A DNA stretch of 39,195 nt from Nemertoderma westbladi (taxonomy: Eukaryota; Animalia; Xenacoelomorpha). The stretch spans positions 1 through 39,195 of the forward strand of contig JAUCBJ010005460.1 of assembly GCA_032718475.1 (NCBI GenBank), written 5' to 3'. Both the position numbers and the translations under genes were made by a program. The notes below the pieces were generated by a model, which saw nothing but the letters and a program-made list of their open reading frames with translations, searched no databases and was not told the DNA's origin. Positions 36,092 through 39,195 of the stretch are shown here, one piece after another; position 1 is the first letter of the stretch, and every line of letters begins with the position of its first letter.

Positions 36092-36427
36092 GTTTGTCTG
36101 TCTATATTGAACACTTGGCACGGCCGCCCGGAGGAGAAATGGAACGCGGCTAGCTCGAGCTTCCTCCAGGTCTTGGTCTCGATCCAAAGTCTCATCCTCG
36201 TTAGCGAGCCGTACTTCAACGAGCCGGGCTACGAGAAGTCCCGCGGTACGCCGTCCGGACAGCAGAGCTGCTTCGAGTACGACGCCAACATCCGGTTCGC
36301 AACCGCACGATGGGCCATGTTGGAGCAGGTTCGGAATCCTCCGGAATGCTTCCGGGACGTCGTACTCAAACACTTCTACCTGAAACGCAACGAAGTCGTC
36401 GCACAGATCGAGTCCTGGATAGCCGAG
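36092..36427 (+). CDS. BIRC6: BIRC6 UBC-domain exon with catalytic cysteine
   Basis: Acceptor ttctag|GTT. Encodes [18 protein letters not shown]...[24 protein letters not shown]...ESWIAE, with the Cys codon at 36095-36097. Probable donor GAG|gtaaat at 36428. No terminal exon was found in the window. Confidence 0.95.
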
Positions 36428-37039
36428 GTAAATACAAAGGTTGGTGTTGCCGTCAGTCGTAGCACCACAGGGGTGGACGCCGATGTAAACCCTGTGGAAT
36501 GTCACCAAATCCCCAAACACTATTATTGCGTGTGGGGAGAACTGGATATGTCATGCAGATCACAAAAAGTAGATGTTGGTTGAATATCAAATTTTAATTT
36601 GATCTATAAGTAATCTGATTATCAATATAGGGGCTTCCCCACAACAATAGTAAACATCAAATATTCATAATAAAGCTACAGTACAAAATGACAGTTAAGT
36701 GTTTTACTTTATAGGACTACTATAGGACTATAGGACTACTTTTAACCACTTTTGCATTTTTAACTACTTTTGATACCTCGTCTGTCCGGTCTGCGCCAGT
36801 CGTATCAGGCGAGGGTAAGTGGCTTCCGCCACGTTCCGAGTCCTTTTCAGGCTCGTAGAGGCTCCGTTCACCGCCGACCGCTCTGTCTGTTGGTCCCGTA
36901 CGGCGCCCTTAGTCAGAGTACTCTGAGTCCTTTTCAGGGTCGTACTTACACCGACCAGTGCACCGCTTAACCCTATCTACCCATGGTCTTTTAGATCTTC
37001 CCTCAGCCTGGGGGGGGGGGGGGGGGGGGGGGGTTTCGA

Positions 37040-38400
37040 CCCAGACCTGATTTCTCGGCCAATTTTTAATGAAATTCACTAAAATTTGGTAACAATAATA
37101 TATCTAGTGGTATATTTTAACACATTCTTGAAAAAAAATAGAAAATTGTTTTTGGAAGTGCCTCAAATATGAAAAATTGTGTTTTGTGCAATGAATAAAT
37201 TTAATTGCGGATTAATGCGACATGTAGGGCCTATCTGATTTTCAATTCTTGTGTGTATATTGGTGATGGCGAATTCAATGGTAATGAAATTGAGTTGATA
37301 CAATTAATGTAACTGCCATTTTTCGTTCGGGCACCAAAAGTTGGTGCAGCACGAAATTTTCAAAATTAATTGTTTTTAAATATTCATTTTATGTAAATTA
37401 TAATATAGCAATTGTTAGAGAACAGGGGGGGGGGGGGGGGATTGAACGCATATCCCATCTCAGATAAATATAATTTCGGACATAATAAATTGACTTATTC
37501 TAAGCAGGGTCGATAGTAAAGGGAAGGAAGGGTCAGGGTTGATGATTGCTGATGCTGACTAATATAAATAGTGTTGTTGATAATTTGGTATAGGTTTTCT
37601 TGTCTGCAGGAGAGATTATTGATGGAGTTGATGGAGCTAGCTGGTCTCAGGAATTCTTAGCCCGCGAGTATTCAGCCCGCAAAACAATAACGTTTATTGT
37701 TTTGGTTCCCCCAATACGCCTCTGAAACCTGCTCCTTTACTAACTCGCGGGCTAAGAATACCCTCGATCTAAGAATTCTCGCGGGCTATGAATTCACCCA
37801 ACCAGCTAGCTGCAAGCCACGACTTCTAAATTCATTTGTTTCCTGTCACATTATGTTTACATTGAATACTGCCCAGCGTTTGTCTGTGGAGACTGTGGTA
37901 GACTTACTACTATAGCTAATATAATATGTTATCTCCTCCAAATCTTTGAAAATATTTATATAAATGGCATTTGCGTTACTCGGATGAACTCCATTTTATT
38001 ACCATTTCATTCACAATCACAGAAAAACTATAAATCACAGGAATATAAATCATGCAATGAATATTTAAAAAAATTAATTTTGAAAATTTCGAGCAGCACA
38101 TGCACCCACTTTTGGTGCACGCACGAAAAATGGCAATTGCGTTACTCCTATGAGCTTCATTTCAAATCCATTGAATTCACAATCACATGCAGAAAACCTA
38201 TAAATCGCGGGAATATAGGTCAAATAATAATAATTTCGAAACAATCAATTTTGAAAATTTCGTGTAGCACCCAATTTTGGTGCCCGTACGAAAAATACCT
38301 GTTTTTTTTTATTTTCAAAAACCCTAACAGGGGTGCGAGAAATACGGAGCCCCTAAAGGGACATGGGTTTCCCCCTTTTTTTTCTAAGTCCGGCCCGGAG
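37040..38400. mobile_element. Degenerate MITE-like element with imperfect internal inverted and tandem blocks
   Basis: TTTCGTTCGGGCACCAAAAGTTGGTGCAGCACGAAATTTT (37321-37360) is inverted relative to two related blocks at ~38085-38130 and ~38255-38297. Ends uncertain. Confidence 0.45.
37643..37803. mobile_element. 161-bp MITE with 8-bp TSD
   Basis: Imperfect TIRs GG...GAATTC(T/A)TAGCCCGCGAG. TSD AGCTAGCT at 37635-37642 and 37804-37811. Confidence 0.8.
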
Positions 38401-38525
38401 ATACTATCTCAGGCCCGGAGATACTAAGTCCGGCCCGGAGATACTATCTCAGGCCCGGAGATACTAAGTCCGGCCCGGAGATACTATCTCAGGCCCGGAG
38501 ATACTAAGTCCGACCCGGAGATACT
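38384..38525. repeat. Alternating 20-bp units (40-bp dimer) at the 3' tail of the RTE copy
   Basis: ATACTATCTCAGGCCCGGAG and ATACTAAGTCCGGCCCGGAG alternate, about 7 units. Confidence 0.92.
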
Positions 38526-39195
38526 ACTACTACTAGGATCGGCATGCTGCATTGCAGCTGCATTTTTAAGAATGCTGTGCCGGCTTGTCAACAAAATTGC
38601 GCCGCCACAACTCCCTATCACCCATGACATTTGCTAGATCATCCGCATCTTTAAGGCCAGTGTCCTTTAAGATGCGTCTCAAGAAAGTCATGGGCTGTCC
38701 ACCATTCTTATTCACTCCATGAGGCTGCCAAAGTACAAGATTATGCACTGGCTGGTCCTCACGGCGAAAGCAATGTCCTGCAAAGCGGAGGCGATTTTGT
38801 TCTAGTGTCAAGCTTGGGGGAACCAATGAGACACCTCCAATGTTATATAGTGTCTGGTTGGAGATGTGTGCATTGTACTTGACACAATGTACCCGGCGTA
38901 GCATTCTTGTGAATGTGCCATCCAGAGATTTGGTGTCCTCAGCAGTTAGAGCCCAGCATGGACTCCCGTAGAGGAGTACTGGAACTACTGCTGCTCTAAA
39001 TAATCGGACCTTAAGTTTCCGATTAATTCTAGGTGACTTCCAAATCCTGGAAAGCCTATTCAAGGCTGCCCATGCCTTTCCCTTACGTATTCGAAGGTCC
39101 TCACCTGACTTCCGGATCCATGATCCCAGGTAACAGAAGTCGTCCACATGCTCAAGCATACCATCCTTTGAGCTTATGCTCATCCGATCAGAGAC
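38522..39195 (-). mobile_element. 3' part of an RTE-like non-LTR retrotransposon (runs off the window)
   Basis: Open frame 38566-39183: VDDFCYLGSWI...RKGKAWAALNRLSRIWKS...VLLYGSPCWALT...RLRFAGHCFR. Short 3' UTR and (TAG)n tail. Confidence 0.9.

Noticed and set aside
35993-36520. 175-aa antisense ORF (likewise 3189-3413 and 28162-28347)
   Set aside because: Shadow ORFs on the opposite strand of GC-rich BIRC6 exons.
36428-36583. Read-through C-terminus of BIRC6 ([12 protein letters not shown]...)
   Set aside because: Similarity to BIRC6 stops at a good donor (GAG|gtaaat) and the continuation lacks the expected conserved C-terminal helix. Intron retention cannot be excluded without RNA data.
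36770-36970. Possible Penelope-type hammerhead ribozymes (two CCTGAAAAGGACTC motifs on the minus strand, palindrome TCAGAGTACTCTGA)
   Set aside because: The core deviates from CUGANGA and no correctly placed GAAA follows. An Infernal search with hammerhead models would be needed.
37590-37700. Candidate terminal BIRC6 exon after ttgtctgcag
   Set aside because: No resemblance to the BIRC6 C-terminus, and it runs into a 161-bp MITE.

Overview
Eukaryotic (animal-type, AT-rich) genomic DNA. The window holds eight consecutive 3' exons of a BIRC6/Bruce/Apollon gene on the + strand. They total 2405 nt (about 801 codons), every intron is GT-AG and phase-compatible, and they include the UBC domain with its catalytic Cys. 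The gene starts before the window and probably ends after it. The introns are packed with nested mobile DNA: (1) nested hAT-type MITEs; (2) two inverted copies of one RTE-like LINE, one carrying a SINE-like insert; (3) two solo LTRs; (4) an 8.4-kb TIR element whose Gly-rich ORF has expanded into a 27-bp minisatellite; (5) an ~11-kb foldback element with 53/56-bp satellite arms and a young 5'-truncated LINE in its centre; (6) a Sola-like relic; (7) a tRNA-derived SINE whose body expanded into a 36-bp minisatellite; and (8) inside that array, a CACTA/EnSpm-like element that carries a frameshifted stand-alone PWWP-domain gene and is flanked by a ~1.1-kb direct duplication. Most long ORFs in the supplied track are repeat artefacts. 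Family assignments come from motif recognition by eye and from memory; no searches were run.
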